A program made the position numbers and the translations under genes. Positions 48,299 through 61,551 of a DNA stretch of 64,000 nucleotides are shown piece by piece. Origin of the DNA: Euglena gracilis (lineage: Eukaryota); assembly GCA_039621445.1 (NCBI GenBank), contig CP154954.1, forward strand, positions 19,020,642 to 19,084,641, in the 5' to 3' direction. The number at the start of each line of letters is the position of its first letter. Within the stretch, counting starts at the first letter, position 1. The notes under the pieces were generated by a model, which had not been told where the DNA came from, searched no databases, and saw nothing but the letters and a program-made list of their open reading frames with translations.

Positions 48299-51118
48299 AT
48301 CCAGACCATCCCCAATGCTTAAGGTGTGTCCGACTCCACCCAGGCGGGGGGTGACTGTCTGGTTTTTTCTTCTTCGGAGTACTGGTGGGGTTCTTGCTCT
48401 GAACCTCTGGGGGGGGTTGGCATGTTAGCCGAAGGTGGCCGCCCGGCGCCAAAAGCGGCAAATTTTTTTTGGGTGTTTTGGGCAAAATCTATTGATTTTG
48501 AGCCATTTTGCCGAGTGGCCAGACTGACCACACCCTACGGGGGGGGGGGGAGGAAGTGAATGACTGGTTTTCGAAAAGTGACTGAATGATTTTTGAAAGT
48601 GGAAAGTGCTCCCCCCGGGGGGGGGTCAGAAATGGTGTGGGATTATGTGCAATTATTTGCACATGCCGTTCTATTCTGCATAAAAATATAAAACACAGGC
48701 ATCCCCCTGGGGGGAATGTCCTCCCAGGAAACTGTCGCCCGTGCACTCGCTGACCTGTCCTCATTGGGACCTTCCCACCAGGAAAGTGCCGTTGACACAG
48801 GGGGGTCAACAGCAGGGTGTCATAATAATAATAAAAACAGACCGCTCCAGCAACAATTGGCCTCCACAATTTCACCATTGGCTCTCATATGGCACCAAAC
48901 ACCAACACCAAGTTCATAGTGAATTTGAAGCCATGGCTGGCAAGGAGATCCAACACAATCTTGAAGCGTCTTGGCTGAATTTCCTCAGAAACTGTGTGTG
49001 TCCAACGCAAAGAAAAAACTTCTCTTCCAGAAAAGTCCCGTTGGCACGGGAGGTATGGCAATGACACGCTGTGTCAATGACAAGGGGGGGGGGGAGGTAG
49101 CTCGCCCCCCATGAGGGGGGGGGGAACCTGAGCTGGGCCGGGTTGGGCCAAAACCGGACAATTGCCCAACAAAATGACGTACAAAAAGCACCTTGGAATA
49201 AATGAGCATCTGACAACCACCCAAAAATAAACACCCAAAGATCCCCCCAAAACACCATTTTTTTACCATCTCTGGACACTTTTGGGCTTGACCCAGCACA
49301 AAGAGGCTGGCTAGCTGGGTTAGCCCCCCCCCCCCCCCCCCGAGTGGTGCTGCTGCGGTTGGGCTGGACCGGATTTGGACTGGCTGCAGCGCCCCCCCCC
49401 CCCCCGGATGCGGGGTCTGCAGGGCCTTGAAGGGAGGTATGGTCAGGGTCATTTGCTTGGATAGGGTTTGGGTTATGGTTTGGAATTGGAGCCGGAGTGC
49501 CCAGGCCAAGCGTGTTCCCAGTTGGGTCTGGATCATCGAAAACGTCCATCGAATTGTACAACAAATAATGTTGTACAATGAGAATTTTTGTCAGAGGTGA
49601 CAATTTTCTAGGCCCTTTCCAGCAGGTGAGTTCCTAAAGGACTTTACATGCAGTTTTGCATTTTTTTTTGCATTTTTTTTGCATTCACATTGCATATTTG
49701 GAGGTTTCTCTTTGTACATCTCCCTGTGCATATTTGTATTTTATTGCACCTCACTTTTTTTTGTCAACCTTTTTGTCAACACAGCGAAACAACACATCAA
49801 CCATCATTTTTTTTGAATTTATTCCACAAATCACAAAAAACAACACATCAACCATCATCGCACAGATATTTCTGAGACGGGGATTCAGGAACAATGATCA
49901 AAAATCTACAGGGATTCACAAAAAAAACCTGTGCAAACATTAAAAAAAGGTACCAATTGGAGCCGATTACTGGTTTCACCTGAATGTTTTGAAAAAACCT
50001 GTCCCATCAAGGGTGAAATGTTCTGAAAGTGGCAGATAAACCAAGGCTCATGTTGTCAATAGCAAGGATGCTCAGTGCATCTTGTGTGCATTCCTGGGCA
50101 CCTGGTTTGTTGGGAGAACTCCATGAGAGGATCAAATGTTGGATTTGTTCTCGAAAGCACAACATTTGAGCCTTCCCCTCCTCTAACTTTTGTGCTATTG
50201 CTCACCGATGTTGATTTCACTCTTGTGTGTTGCAGTGCTCAGCGTCCGTTTGTTTGCGAAGCCTCTTTTGCCCCGTCCCAGAAAACCAAGATGGTGGATG
50301 GGGGACCCGGAGCCCGACTGTTCCTGTTCATGGGCGATGTCCCCCCCGGACAACTGGCATTTTCCATTTTCTGGCGTGGCGCACCGCTTTTAGAGAGTTT
50401 CTGGCCAGGAAATCGCCCGTGCTCTCACGCATCTCCCAAGATTCGTACTCCCTCGAGAAAACCGACAAGGGAGAAAGGGACACAGTGCACCCCGGGGACC
50501 TTTAGGGAACCAGGAGGAAATGACCAGGAGGGCGAAGCACAAGGGCAGGGCGAGATCCTGCTTGTTTGTGCCGGCTGTTTGTTCATGGTGTGGTCTTTGG
50601 TGTGGTGCTTCTTACTGCGTGTTTGTTGCCGGAGGTGGCGGTCTCGTACTCCCTCGAGGAAAACCGACAAGGGAGGAAGGGACACCGAGGGCGAAGCACA
50701 AAGACCTTGTGAGTCTGGTGCGGCTTTTTGGACTCGAATCGTCTTTTCCCCTCGGGCGGGCGGGCGGACTCACACTGCCCTTATGCTTCGCCCTCCTGGC
50801 CATTTCCTCCAGGCTCCCTAAAGGTCCCCGGAGCGCACGACCACTCGGGCGGCGCACTTTTTGGGTGAGATTTTGTGCACTAGATTGTCGATTTTTTCTG
50901 CCGCCTTTTTTGGGGCGTTGATGCGCAAATAATGGGATGTAAAACTTTTTAGATCTTTCCACTTACCAATTTGGCACACTTCCTCTGAGTCCAAGCCAAA
51001 AGACTAAAAGAAAGAGACCCCTGCACCTCTTTTGCTGTGTGCCCCATACAGGGCAGGGACCCCCTGCTGCAACAAAATTTTTTTTGTGAGGCCATTGATG
51101 GAATTTGGCTTCAAAGCG

Positions 51119-52123
51119 TTAAAGGGCGGTTGAAGTGAAAGGAAAACCGGTTTTTCCTTTGTGAGCCGGACGTCTAACATACTCCACCAAAAGTGTACTT
51201 GACTGATGTGCACTTGTGAATTCAGAGAAATTGGGCAATTGCTCCCACCGATGGAGTTTCAAACCCTTTCTCCTGACTTGTATAAAGAATTTGTCATGAA
51301 GTCTGGAACAGGTTCTAAGGAGAGAAGCCAAATCCCCACCTCGAAAAAAGGAGAATAAACGCAGAATCACAATGAGACGTAACCGCAGTTCAGGAAAGGG
51401 CAAAGTATGCAGGGGGGCATCATCAGCAGCCAGTCTTTGCACAATTGGGGTGGCATCCCAAAAATTAGCATACTTTTGCACAGATGATGACCATTTTTTC
51501 CTCAGAGGTTGTATAATTGCAGCCATTTTTCGACAAGTTAGGTGACTTGCAACCAAAACTTTTCCGATTTCCTTTCTCAGGGTTTTTAGCTTTTGAAGTG
51601 GGACCTGAAGGTTTCCTTCTGCCAGGTTTATCACTGCTCCTAAGTAGGGGATCACGTGACTGGGGAGTAACACACTTCTGGGGATGTTGATTTTGAAACC
51701 TGCTTGTACCAGCTGGGAGGATTTTGCCAAAAACAGTATATCGTCGAGATATACAAAGGATAGGATGCCCCCTGTCTGCCACAGTTTTTCCAGAGGCTTC
51801 ATAAATTGCATGAACAGGAACAGTAATTTGCTGATTCCAAAACTGGCTGACTGAAATTCCCACACCGTTTCCCTCACATGGAGATGTAAATATTTCTGAA
51901 GAAATGGGTGAAGGGGGAGATGGAAGTATGCATCCTTGAGGTCCAACTTCCCCCCCACCAACCCTGCTGCAGGTAGGGGAAGATCCCTGACAGGGTGGTC
52001 AGTTTGAATGGGGGGGGTTGTTAAAAATGTGTTTAATTCCTTGCAATTTGTGATCAAACGATGTTTGATGGTGTCCTTTTCCATTTTTGAAATGATGAAC
52101 CAAGGCACCAAGTGCTTGGACAC
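51119..52123 (-). pseudogene. RT-YR fusion remnant of DIRS element A
   Basis: RT motifs run straight into the YR segment (CRKMAAI|IQPLRKKWSSSVQKYANFWD); RNase H and MT are absent. Confidence 0.85.
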
Positions 52124-52599
52124 AGCTCCTGGAGGTAGCTTTCTGACTGCACCTGAGGACTCCTAATCCCTCAAAATCCTGTTTGCCAAACCAATTTCTT
52201 CTCTCCCATAGAATCTTGTGTTTTTTTTGACAGGTTTAGGGGTAATGGGAAATCTGGTAGAATGCCTTCTTGCAGAATTTGACAGAGAAAAGTGTTTCCA
52301 TGTTTTCTCCACCTGGACAGAGTTTTCAAAAGTCTTTGGGGCAAGGGTGTCCCCCCACTGTTTTTCCCTGCATTGAATCATGTGCTGTAGGGGGCATTCT
52401 TGATAAGAAAGCTGCTGAGTTTTGGGACCCACCCTGGGTCGTTGTTCTTGCCTGGAGACTGGCTGGCCAGATGGAAGCTCCTCCACGTCCACGACCTTTG
52501 AATCCATAGATTCTGCCTTTGTCCAGGCTCTTCCCCCGCCATGGTGATGGGTATGAGCTGCCATAGCTCCTGTTGAGGGGCCGACTGCCCTTGCCACCT

Positions 52600-53140
52600 T
52601 CTCTTCACCAATGTCCCCAACCTGTGCGGATGGGAAAATACGACTTGGAGCGCTTGGGAGTAAGGGGAGCCTTACCTCCTCCATTGATGTTCTGGACCGT
52701 TCTGTCCACCTGCAAATCTGCTGAAGTGAATAGAACGTTGATGGACTCCATCACAGCTCCCAGGATGCTCCTGCGCTTTCTCTCCCGCAGGAGTTGCACT
52801 TCTGAGCCAAATAGTAAAACAGTTGTTGACACAGCTGGTGATAAGACGTGTCCTGCTGCAGCACAATGGGGTGCAATGCCAGCAGCCTTATGGCGTTCAG
52901 CATACGTTGTTGCACTCCCGTCATAAATTTGGCAACGATTGAACGACCATCGGCTTGGTGATTGTTGTCTTCTGCCCTCTGTTTCATTCCAGTAAACACT
53001 GATACGTCTTGCAAGACATGCCTCATGTCCAGTCTTTCTCCTTGCTGTGCCTTTTTGACACAGAGCGCCAGGTCCCCTGGCACTGTAGACGCTCTCGTCT
53101 GTTGACGACAAACTCTCGGATGTGATTGATGTCGACATGA
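52600..53140 (-). pseudogene. gag-like ORF remnant of DIRS element A
   Basis: Homologous to 58316-59086 (MKQRAEDNNH..GVQQR versus LKMRAEDNNH..GVQQR). Confidence 0.8.
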
Positions 53141-53377
53141 TTGCTTGTAGTCCAAAGGGCGATTAGGATCGCAAATTCCGGCAACAAAAAGCAGTAAGAA
53201 GCACCCCACCAAAGAGCACACCATGAACAAACAGCCGGCACAAACAAGCAGGATCTCACCCAACCGAAGTGCGAGTCCGGAGTGGTAAAGACCTTTGTGA
53301 AGCCATGCCTTCCTTGCCGGCGGCAGCTGCTTCATGCTCGTGGCAGGGGCTAATGCCCATGGCAATCGATAACAACA

Positions 53378-53522
53378 TCGTACTCCCTCGAGGAAAACCC
53401 GCAATGAAGGGAGGAACACCGAGGACGAAGCACAAAGTCCTTATGCGTACCCTTCCCCCCCCCCCCCGCCGGCGGGCAAGGCATGGTCTCACAAGGGCAA
53501 AGCGTGGAGGCCGAGAGGTGTC
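53378..53522 (-). mobile_element. Miniature DIRS-B-family derivative (termini only)
   Basis: Right-end sequence TACTCCCTCGAGG...GAAGCACAAAG joined by a short spacer to left-end sequence CACAAGGGCAAAG..GAGGTGTC. Confidence 0.6.
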
Positions 53523-53608
53523 CGCATGGCCTCAGAAGGTCGTTGCGCTTTGCCCAAGACGCACCTATCGATACCTATAGATGCACCAAGATACACCACC
53601 GCGTCTCT

Positions 53609-53731
53609 TACTCCCGCGAGGCAAACCGACAAGGGAGGAAGGGGCACCGACCGCGAAGGGCAAAGGCCTTGCGAGGCCATGCCTTTGCAAGGCATGGCTA
53701 CACAAGGGCAAAGTGCGGAGCCCGAGGTGTC
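53609..53731 (-). mobile_element. Miniature DIRS-B-family derivative (termini only, ITRs head-to-head)
   Basis: Right end + hairpin GCCATGCCTT-TGC-AAGGCATGGC + left end CACAAGGGCAAAGTGCGGAGCCCGAGGTGTC. Confidence 0.7.
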
Positions 53732-53914
53732 GCCAAGAAGTGCCAGCCTCCCACGGCACCGGAGGGGGGAGAGGAAGGGACTGCCTGTCCCTCTTCCGAA
53801 AAAGCGCTCGTTGATGACTGGCGAACATTTCAATGAAATTTGAATTTGTGCGCCCCAAGACCGTTGGCACAAGTTTGGTCAAAGTACTTAAATTTTTCCG
53901 AGGGCAATTAGGAG

Positions 53915-56900
53915 CCAGGCAAACAGACAAGGGAGGAAGGGACACCAAGGCGATGCACAAAGACCTTGTGAGGCCATTCCCTGCTCGCCGGCGGTGCTTT
54001 TCGGGTTGTGTTTGGTGTGTTGGGTTAGGAGGTCCCGCTTAGTGCCGCCTCGCCGGAGTTGGCTGACGACGCTGCTCCGTCTTGGCGATGTGGCTTCCTG
54101 CCCCTGGGACCCCTCTTCCCCGCCTGGACACCCACTGCTGACCGAGTGCTTTTAAAGACAAAAAACTGTTTTACGGATGGGGGGGGTCTGGCTCACAAGG
54201 TCTTTGTGCTTCGCCCTCGGTGTCCCTTCCTCCCTTTTCGGTCTGCCTCAAGGAAGTGCGAGACACCTCGGGCTCCGCACTTTGCCATTGTGAGGCCTGA
54301 ATGTGCACAAAAATTAGGGGGGCCGGGGCATTATACAAGGCACCTTGGGCACCAAGTCTTTGATAATGGGCTGTGAATGCTTCCACCCCCCTCCGCTGGC
54401 CAATTTCACAATCTTCTCGGGCAGAAAGGCCCAATTTTTTGAGTAAAAAAACTCCTGCTCCTCTGGGGGAATGGGCCTCCCACACCTGTGGGGTCACCCC
54501 ATGCTTGGCCAAAAATTCTTTTATGACAGAAGCAATGGTATCTGCACTTATGGCCCTGAAGGGGGACCTTAATGAAATCAGCCGGGGGCCCCAGGTCTGA
54601 CGAATGAACGTGTGGCAGCCACATAAGACATCATTAATTGCAAGGGGCTTGTTTGTGGACATTGGGGAATTGACACAACCCTCTCACACTTGTGAAACTT
54701 CTGAACTTTACGCTTGGTTTTTATGTAGAGTTCCGCACCCAACACACTGGTGGTTCGTTTGACCTGTGCCAAGACTGAGGACCTGTATGTACAGAGGATT
54801 CGTGAGCAAGAAATAAGCTGTTTATGCAGTGTACCAATATCAGTGGGCATTGTGGCACTGGCCAGCCCCAGGAGGATTGGGAATGGGTCCCAACATGCCT
54901 ACTTCTCCAGATTTTGGTTCCAAAGCCTCTTTTCAGGGGTGAACAGGGTGTGTAATCTTAGCCCACCAAACCCAGGAATCAAAGCACAGCACTGTATGCA
55001 TTACGGGGTTGGGCCTTGTAAAATTGGAATAATTGTATTAAAGCGTCAGCTACTTGGTCTGTTGTGGCTTAATGGGGAGGTACCCCCATTTGCTCCAAAA
55101 TTACCCCCAGAAGTGCAAAAGCACTCTGATAACGTTTTAAACCGGGGCTTATCCCAGGAAATCGTTAATGGATCTAACCTGAATTTGTTTCCCCTCCAAA
55201 ATTTGCCTGAGCAAATCATGCAAAACAGGGGCCACCTGGGGGGTGGTGGCATTTGTTGCCTCCTTCAATTGGTGAACATACCCCCGTAGGGGAGGATTTT
55301 CAGGCAGGGGGTCCCTGGAACTTTCATTTTTATTAGTTGGGGCCACCAGGTGGCTGAATCCCAGTAGGGGTGACCATCAAAACTTTGGTCTGGGGAAAAA
55401 AACTTCAACCTGGGCAGTAATTTTCGAATTGTTGACCAGGGAGGTTTGCATAAAGTCCCCAATGTCTGCTGGGAATTCTTTTGAAGGCACCCAGTTTACT
55501 TGGAGGTTTACTTGTTTTTACATGCACCGTTTGACAAATGAGTCTTATCATTTTGTTGAAGGGGTCCTTTCTGCCCCCCTTTGTCAGGTAATAGTAAATT
55601 ACCTGGTTGTCTACGGACAAAGAAACTGTTTCCGCAGGGTTGCTCAAACGTTTCACAGTGCTGATTGCTGCACTGAGCTCCTTTACATTTATGTGAAAAA
55701 TGGAGTCTTTTCTCCAAAATTCCTGCACAAGTTCTCCTGTGTGGATGTCCAGCGCCCCCCCCCAGGCATGGGTGCCGCTGTCTGAGTGTAACTCCTTGGT
55801 TGCATTTTGGGGGAAAAGGTCTGCCCCCTCCCCAGGTGTCCAGTAGAATTTATATTTCCTATATGGGCGTTGAATTCCTGGAAAATTAGGTGTTTTGAGT
55901 CACAGGGGGGTGTGGACTTTGCCGCCAAAAAAATGCCAGGGTGTCCGTAAAAGCCTTTAAAAGCCTTTAAAAGGGCACGGCCATTAGGTTTCATCTTCTT
56001 TGACCCAAAATTGCAGCCAACTGCCTTTTTGCCACGTAATATTTTTTCACAATTTTTACTCTCTCCTTTTTTATGGTTTTGACTTTCTGGGGAGGCACCT
56101 GTAACTTTGGTTCCTGGAAATTTAGTTGAAAACCCAGATGTTTTATTACTTGGGTGGGCTGGAGGGTGGGCTTTTTCACATTGATTTTGAACCCTGATTC
56201 AGCAAATCTTTGACGACTCCGTTCATGTGACTGTGCAACATGTTTTGGGTGGGGGCCACCAGCAAAATGTCCTCCAGATAAATAAACACCTGGATGCGCC
56301 TTTTTCGCCGCAGCTTTTCGAAAGTTTTCGTCACTGAGATGAAAATCTGGGACATAACATTTAGCCCAAAGCAGCCTGTTTGAAATTACCGGGCCTGCCA
56401 CCCTACCCGATGCCTTAAAAAAGGCCTTAGGCCTGGACTTAATGGAATATGAAAATGGGCATCCTTTAGGTCTATTTTTGCTGCCCAGTGGCCATTTTCC
56501 GAAAATGGAAAAATGTACTTGATATGATGCAGTTTGAAAGGTTTTACTTGAAACTGCTGATTTATTTCTCTGCAGTCACTGATCATTCTCCAGTTGGTTG
56601 TTCCTCCTTCTGGTTTTGAAATTGAAACCATGGGATCAAGTGCTGGGTTTATGAATCCCAAAATCGTTTCACTGACCCAGTTTTTTGGTAATGCAGCAGA
56701 TTTTTTTTTCTGCCAGGTTCAGGTCCAAGTTGGCTCTGGGTTTTGGGTGGGTGGACATTTTTGGGGGATTTACCCAGGGGGGTTGAACTCTATTTTTTTT
56801 ATCAATTGACATGTTGCTGGGGGGCATTTTTTGTTCACCATTTCGGATATTTCTGAAGTCTCTGGTACAGGGGGGTGTTTCCCCATTTTTCCTCCATGGA

Positions 56901-58117
56901 ATGTATTTTCCCAACAAGATGTTTTTCTGGTGGCTGGGTGGGGGGTGTTGGACATTTCACATCCCACAGAGCCCCTAGGGTTTGAGCCCTTGGAAGAAGA
57001 AAGTGTCCCTCTCTGCTCACACTCTACTCTCTCTGGAGGATATTGTCGTTGGAGCACATGCCATAGGGCTTACTGGCCCTGTTTTTCCTATCTGGTTTTC
57101 TTGATGTTTGTGGGGTTGGTAGCCATACCACAGGGGGGCCTCTGTGCCCCCCCACCTGTTGATGGAATAGGAATATATGCTGGTGGGGAGCCTCCCCCTT
57201 CCTGTTCCTCCTGGCTGGCCTTTGGGGAGCCATCTTTCTCCTGGGGCTGGACAGGGGGCTGCCAATTTAAATACAAAGCCCTTGCAAGGCTGCCCCTTAG
57301 CTTCTGGGGGGCCTGTGAAGGATCCCCCTGTGGTATTGTTGTAATTGTTGATCTTCTTGTTGATATTTCTGGCCCCAATGGCCTTGATGATAAGTTGAAA
57401 GGCCCCAATGGCCTGATTGGTTTCTGGGTCGCCATGCCCATTTGAAATCTTGAGGGGTTCTTGGGGCCCCACCCCTGACCCCCCGAGGGGTGGTGTGATT
57501 GAGAAATGGTGGGGATGTGGTGTTTGACCTTGTCTGCCCCTGCCATGCCCTGTGGGGCCGTTGTGCTTGTGACCACCTTGGACGTTGTTCCAGCGACTTT
57601 TGTAAATGCACATGCCTTCATGGCCGTTTGTGCCGTCATTGCCTTAGTTGCCTTCATGGCCTGTGAGGTTTTGGCTGCCATAGCCCCGCTTTGATGCACA
57701 CTGTTTTGTGGAACGTTGGCCCACACGTCCCTGGTTTCAATGGCCGTAGTGGCCTGCTGGGTGTTCCTTCTGCCCCTTGCGGGGCGCTGTCTGCCGGGGT
57801 CCGTGGCCATCACTTTGAGGGGTTTGGGTTGTGGAAGTTTTTTTTTGGGAAATTTCTTTCGGGGAATGGGCAGCCACGGTTCGCCACAGTCGATCCGTGC
57901 CGTCAGGTTGCCCAGCTGCTCTTCTTCTGCTGCTTTCTCTTGAAGTTCTCCAGCGCTGTTCGTCTTAGAAATTGCATCTTTCATTAAAATATTTCAGATA
58001 CTTCAACTATTTCTGCTTCTAGGTTCTGAACCAGCGTCTTTTTTTGGATAAATTGAACTCCACGAAAAAACGCACTAAGCGGGACCTCCTAACCAAACGC
58101 ACCAAAAACAACCCGAG
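53915..58117 (-). mobile_element. DIRS-type retrotransposon B, degenerate near-full-length; left terminus split by element C
   Basis: rITR ~53965-54060 matches the reverse complement of 58058-58117; ICR ~54190-54296. YR (AHSPRGAG...AHYQRLG), MT (YAN/KPPWS), RNase H (HINVKEL..VDN) and RT (AAKIDLKDAHFH) remnants, with many frameshifts. Confidence 0.9.
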
Positions 58118-58259
58118 CAGACCATTCGGGCTGCGCACACTCTGGGGGTGAGGTCCTGCTTCTTTTGCCGGCTTGTTGTGTGGTTGTTTTTGGCGAGGTC
58201 TTTCTTACTGCTTTTTGTTGCCGGAGTTGGCGGATCATAATCGTCCTTCGATCGAAAAA

Positions 58260-59086
58260 ATGAGTTTCACAACGCTGGATTTACTATCCGAAGACGAAGC
58301 AAAGTACAACAGTGCGTGGGGCACTTTCTTTTTGAACACAGACCTGGTGGGAGCATTTCTGCCAGACACCTCTGGGGAAGATGTTCAAAGAGTCTTAGCG
58401 GCAGGCTTACGCTGGCAAGGAGGAGGCTGGAATACAGTGAGGGCAGCGAAGGAGCTAAGAGGTATCAGCGGCATATCTACCTCATGAGCTTCCACTTCTC
58501 CATCGCCTTGGTACGTGGGATCGAAGTGCTGCAGTTAGAGCTGAGCGAGCGGGCAGGAGAGTGTGCCTTCAGACTGGCCGAGACGTGGAAAACGATGCTG
58601 GACGGCGCCACAGCAGAGAAGAAAGGGAAACAGATGGTCGCGGCGAGCTCCGCGATGGCGGAGGACGACGAGGAGGACGAGGACGATGCGGCGGCGGAGG
58701 CGGCAGCGGAGAGGCTCCCCTGGCAGGCAGACACGACCCCCCTCCCTCAAGGGCTGTCGGCCTGCCTCAAGCAGGCGGCGGCAGGTACAAGGTCACCCTG
58801 GAAACAAGTCCTCCACGAGCTGCCACTCTTCCAGGACCTGAAAATGCGCGCCGAGGACAACAACCACAACCAGGATGCCAAAGCACCCATGGACAAGATG
58901 CTGAAAGGTGTTCAACAAAGGGTCATACACTTGATGAGGATGATGGCCACCATCTACAGTCAAGTGGATACTTTGCCAGAGGACTACAGAGTCCTCTTCC
59001 AGCAGCTCTTCTTCGCCATGGCGGAATTAGAACAAGGCCTTCTACGAGAACGGAAACCTCGAAGTGTTCCAGGATCCATACCTTAA
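58260..59086 (+). pseudogene. gag-like ORF of DIRS element C (one frameshift near 58480)
   Basis: ORFs 58173-58487 and 58316-59086; position after the lITR; homologue in element A. Confidence 0.75.
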
Positions 59087-59150
59087 ACATCAAACGGTCT
59101 ATTTTCAAAAGAAGATCTTCGGGTGGAGAGGACTCAGCAACAGCTGAACA

Positions 59151-61551
59151 TTGCTGGTATGCACACACCAGTGGGTCGGGTGGAATGGTGGCATTTTCCC
59201 ACCCCCACAGGCAGCCGAGGCTGGAAATTTTAAGCAGGATTCAAGGGTTTCAAAGGAGGATTCAAGGGTGGCAGGGGAGGCTATGGCAGCCCAGTATGGA
59301 GAAGTCCCTGGACCTCCAAAGGGTATGGCACCCAATCAAATCTCATTCTTCCCTACATTTCCACTGCAGGAGAAAGGGCAGAGGGAAGCCCTGACACCCA
59401 GGCCCCTGGAGAGGGCACCAGACAGACCCCAGATTGGGGTGAACAGGAGTCAAGCCATCAGGATCTGGAAGGAGCAAGATGCCCCACAACCATTACCTTG
59501 TCCCACAACCTCATGTTCCATATCAGCCAGCCCCAACCAGGGGGCCCAGAGCCCCAATCTGCAGCAGCAGCCAGGGGAGTGGGAAGAGGGGGTTGTAAGG
59601 ATAATCCTAAGTCAGGAGGAAAGATGGAAAGATTCCCCTGTCTTTCAGAGGTTGAGAGAATGTCTCCCCTGGTTGAAAACCCACGCTCACACCAAAGTGG
59701 TGCGAATGATCCGACAAGGGGTGGGACCAGATCGACCCCTTCCAGAAAAGCTTTCCACCTGTCCACATCAAAAGAACAAGCCAAAAACTTTACTGGCCAC
59801 AGAAATTTTGAAGGATTACAAAAAATCAGGAGCTGTCAAAGTGGTTACATATCCGCAAAACACCAGGCATCTGGTTCCCTGGTTTTTGTTGAGCAGACCA
59901 GAAGGGGAGGGGGTAAAACATCGTCTCATTGCAGACTGCAGGCAACTCAATCTTTACTGTTCCCCAAAAAAATTCACCTTGGAAAACATCTCCACCATTT
60001 TTCCTCTCCTAAAGCAAGGCTGGTATGCTGCAAAGCTGGATCTCAAAGATGCCTACTTTCACCTGGCCCTTCAAGAAATTTTCAAAAAAATTGTAAGGAT
60101 GGAAGTAGGGGGAAGGCTGTGGGAGTTTCAAGGTGCTTGTTTTGGTCTAAGCACTCTTCCAAAAATTTTCATGTCCCTCATGAAAGTGCTCCAAAAACTC
60201 TGGATATCAAATCGGCTCATGGCATTCGTTTATTTGGACGACATCATTCTAATTGGTTCCTCAGAAAATTTGGTAAAAGAGCAACTGGCCATGATGATCA
60301 ACAATCTGTGCTCTGCAGGTTTCAAAATAAACCTGAAAAAATCCATTTTCTCCCCCACTGAAAAGCTGCAGCACCTGGGGTTCATCATCCACCTGCAGGA
60401 GTGGCTGCTGGAGGTGCCAGCTGGAAAATTAAAAATCATCAGAAAGGAACTGGGGAAAGTGGTCTTAGCTCAAAGCCTTTCTTGCAGAAAAATTGCCAGC
60501 ATCCTAGGGCAAATACGTTCGCACCTCCCTGCCCTTCCATTCCTAAGGCTGGTCACACAGGAATGTCAAAAAATTCAGCCAGTTAAACGATACCATGGGC
60601 TGGGATTTTGCAGTACCAATACCCCCCCAGTTGAAACTGGAAATCAAACATCTCAAAGAGTTCCTGGTGCCAGGGGCAGGTCGACCCTTCTTAAAAACAC
60701 CCAAACATGTGCTGCACTCCGACTCATCCACCTGGGCCTGGGGGGGGGTTGACAGCACAAAAAATTTGTTCATCCAGGATTTTTGGGTGGAGCAAAGTTT
60801 GCTCCACATAATTGTGAAGGAATTAGCTGCAGCAGTAAACACTGTGAAAGCCTTTGCAAAGCCAGGAGAAACTGTCCTTCTGAATGTGGACAATCACGTA
60901 GCCGTAAGCTATCTACAAAAATGGGGGGGAAGGAAAGAAAACCTAAGCAGAATTTTACACCCCCTTTTCAAGTGGTGCTGGCAAAACAAAGTTCAGCTCC
61001 ATGTCCAGTGGGTACCCTCCGAAAAGGTGGTGGCAGACCCCCTAACAAGGTGGTCACAGGACAGGGGGGATTATACCCTAAACCCCATCATGTTTCAAAA
61101 AATTTTCAGATTTTTTCAAGGGCACATCACCCCATCAGTGGACATGTTTGCATTCCCAGGGAACACGAAGTTCCCAAAATTTTGTTCCAGATGGCTTCAC
61201 CACCAAGCTTTTCTGGTGGATGCTCTGAACTGCAGTCTGGATGGCGTGGTGGAAGTGTATGCCAACCCCCCGGAAAGTCATAATGCCCTGGCTCATCAAA
61301 CTTTCTATGAACAAACAGGTAAAATGCCTTTTAGTAACCCCCATGTGGCTTTCAAGTGCATGGTGGCCCCTGTTAACAACATGTCCAAACCTGGGGCGAA
61401 AATGTTAGTGATTCCCCCCTGCCAAGGGATGTTCAAAAACTCTTGGGGGGAATCAATGCCCAGGCGAAAATGGCCCCTAGCCTGCAGCATTGTTTCAGGT
61501 TCCTTTTGGAACAGCAAACAGTGTCAGCTTCACAAATTGACATTATCTTAA
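59151..61551 (+). pseudogene. pol of DIRS element C: reverse transcriptase, RNase H, DNA N6-adenine methyltransferase-like domain (frameshifts near 60590 and 61270)
   Basis: KLDLKDAYFH, CFGLSTLP, VYLDD; HSDSS..WG, KELAA, VDN, VADPLTR; VDMFA, VDAL, YANPP. Confidence 0.92.

Larger units (their letters stand above)
50485..53287 (-). mobile_element. DIRS-type retrotransposon A, internally deleted (~2.8 kb)
   Basis: ITRs at ~50547-50640 and ~53170-53260. ICR at ~50768-50870 is complementary to both outer ends. Contains gag-like (RAEDNNH), RT (KLDLKDAYFH, YLDD) and YR (RGGDL, AHSKRGAG) remnants. Confidence 0.9.

Noticed and set aside
57017-57984. 298-aa and 198-aa minus-strand ORFs as host genes
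   Set aside because: They lie between the lITR and RT of DIRS element B, i.e. in its degenerate gag/pol-leader region.
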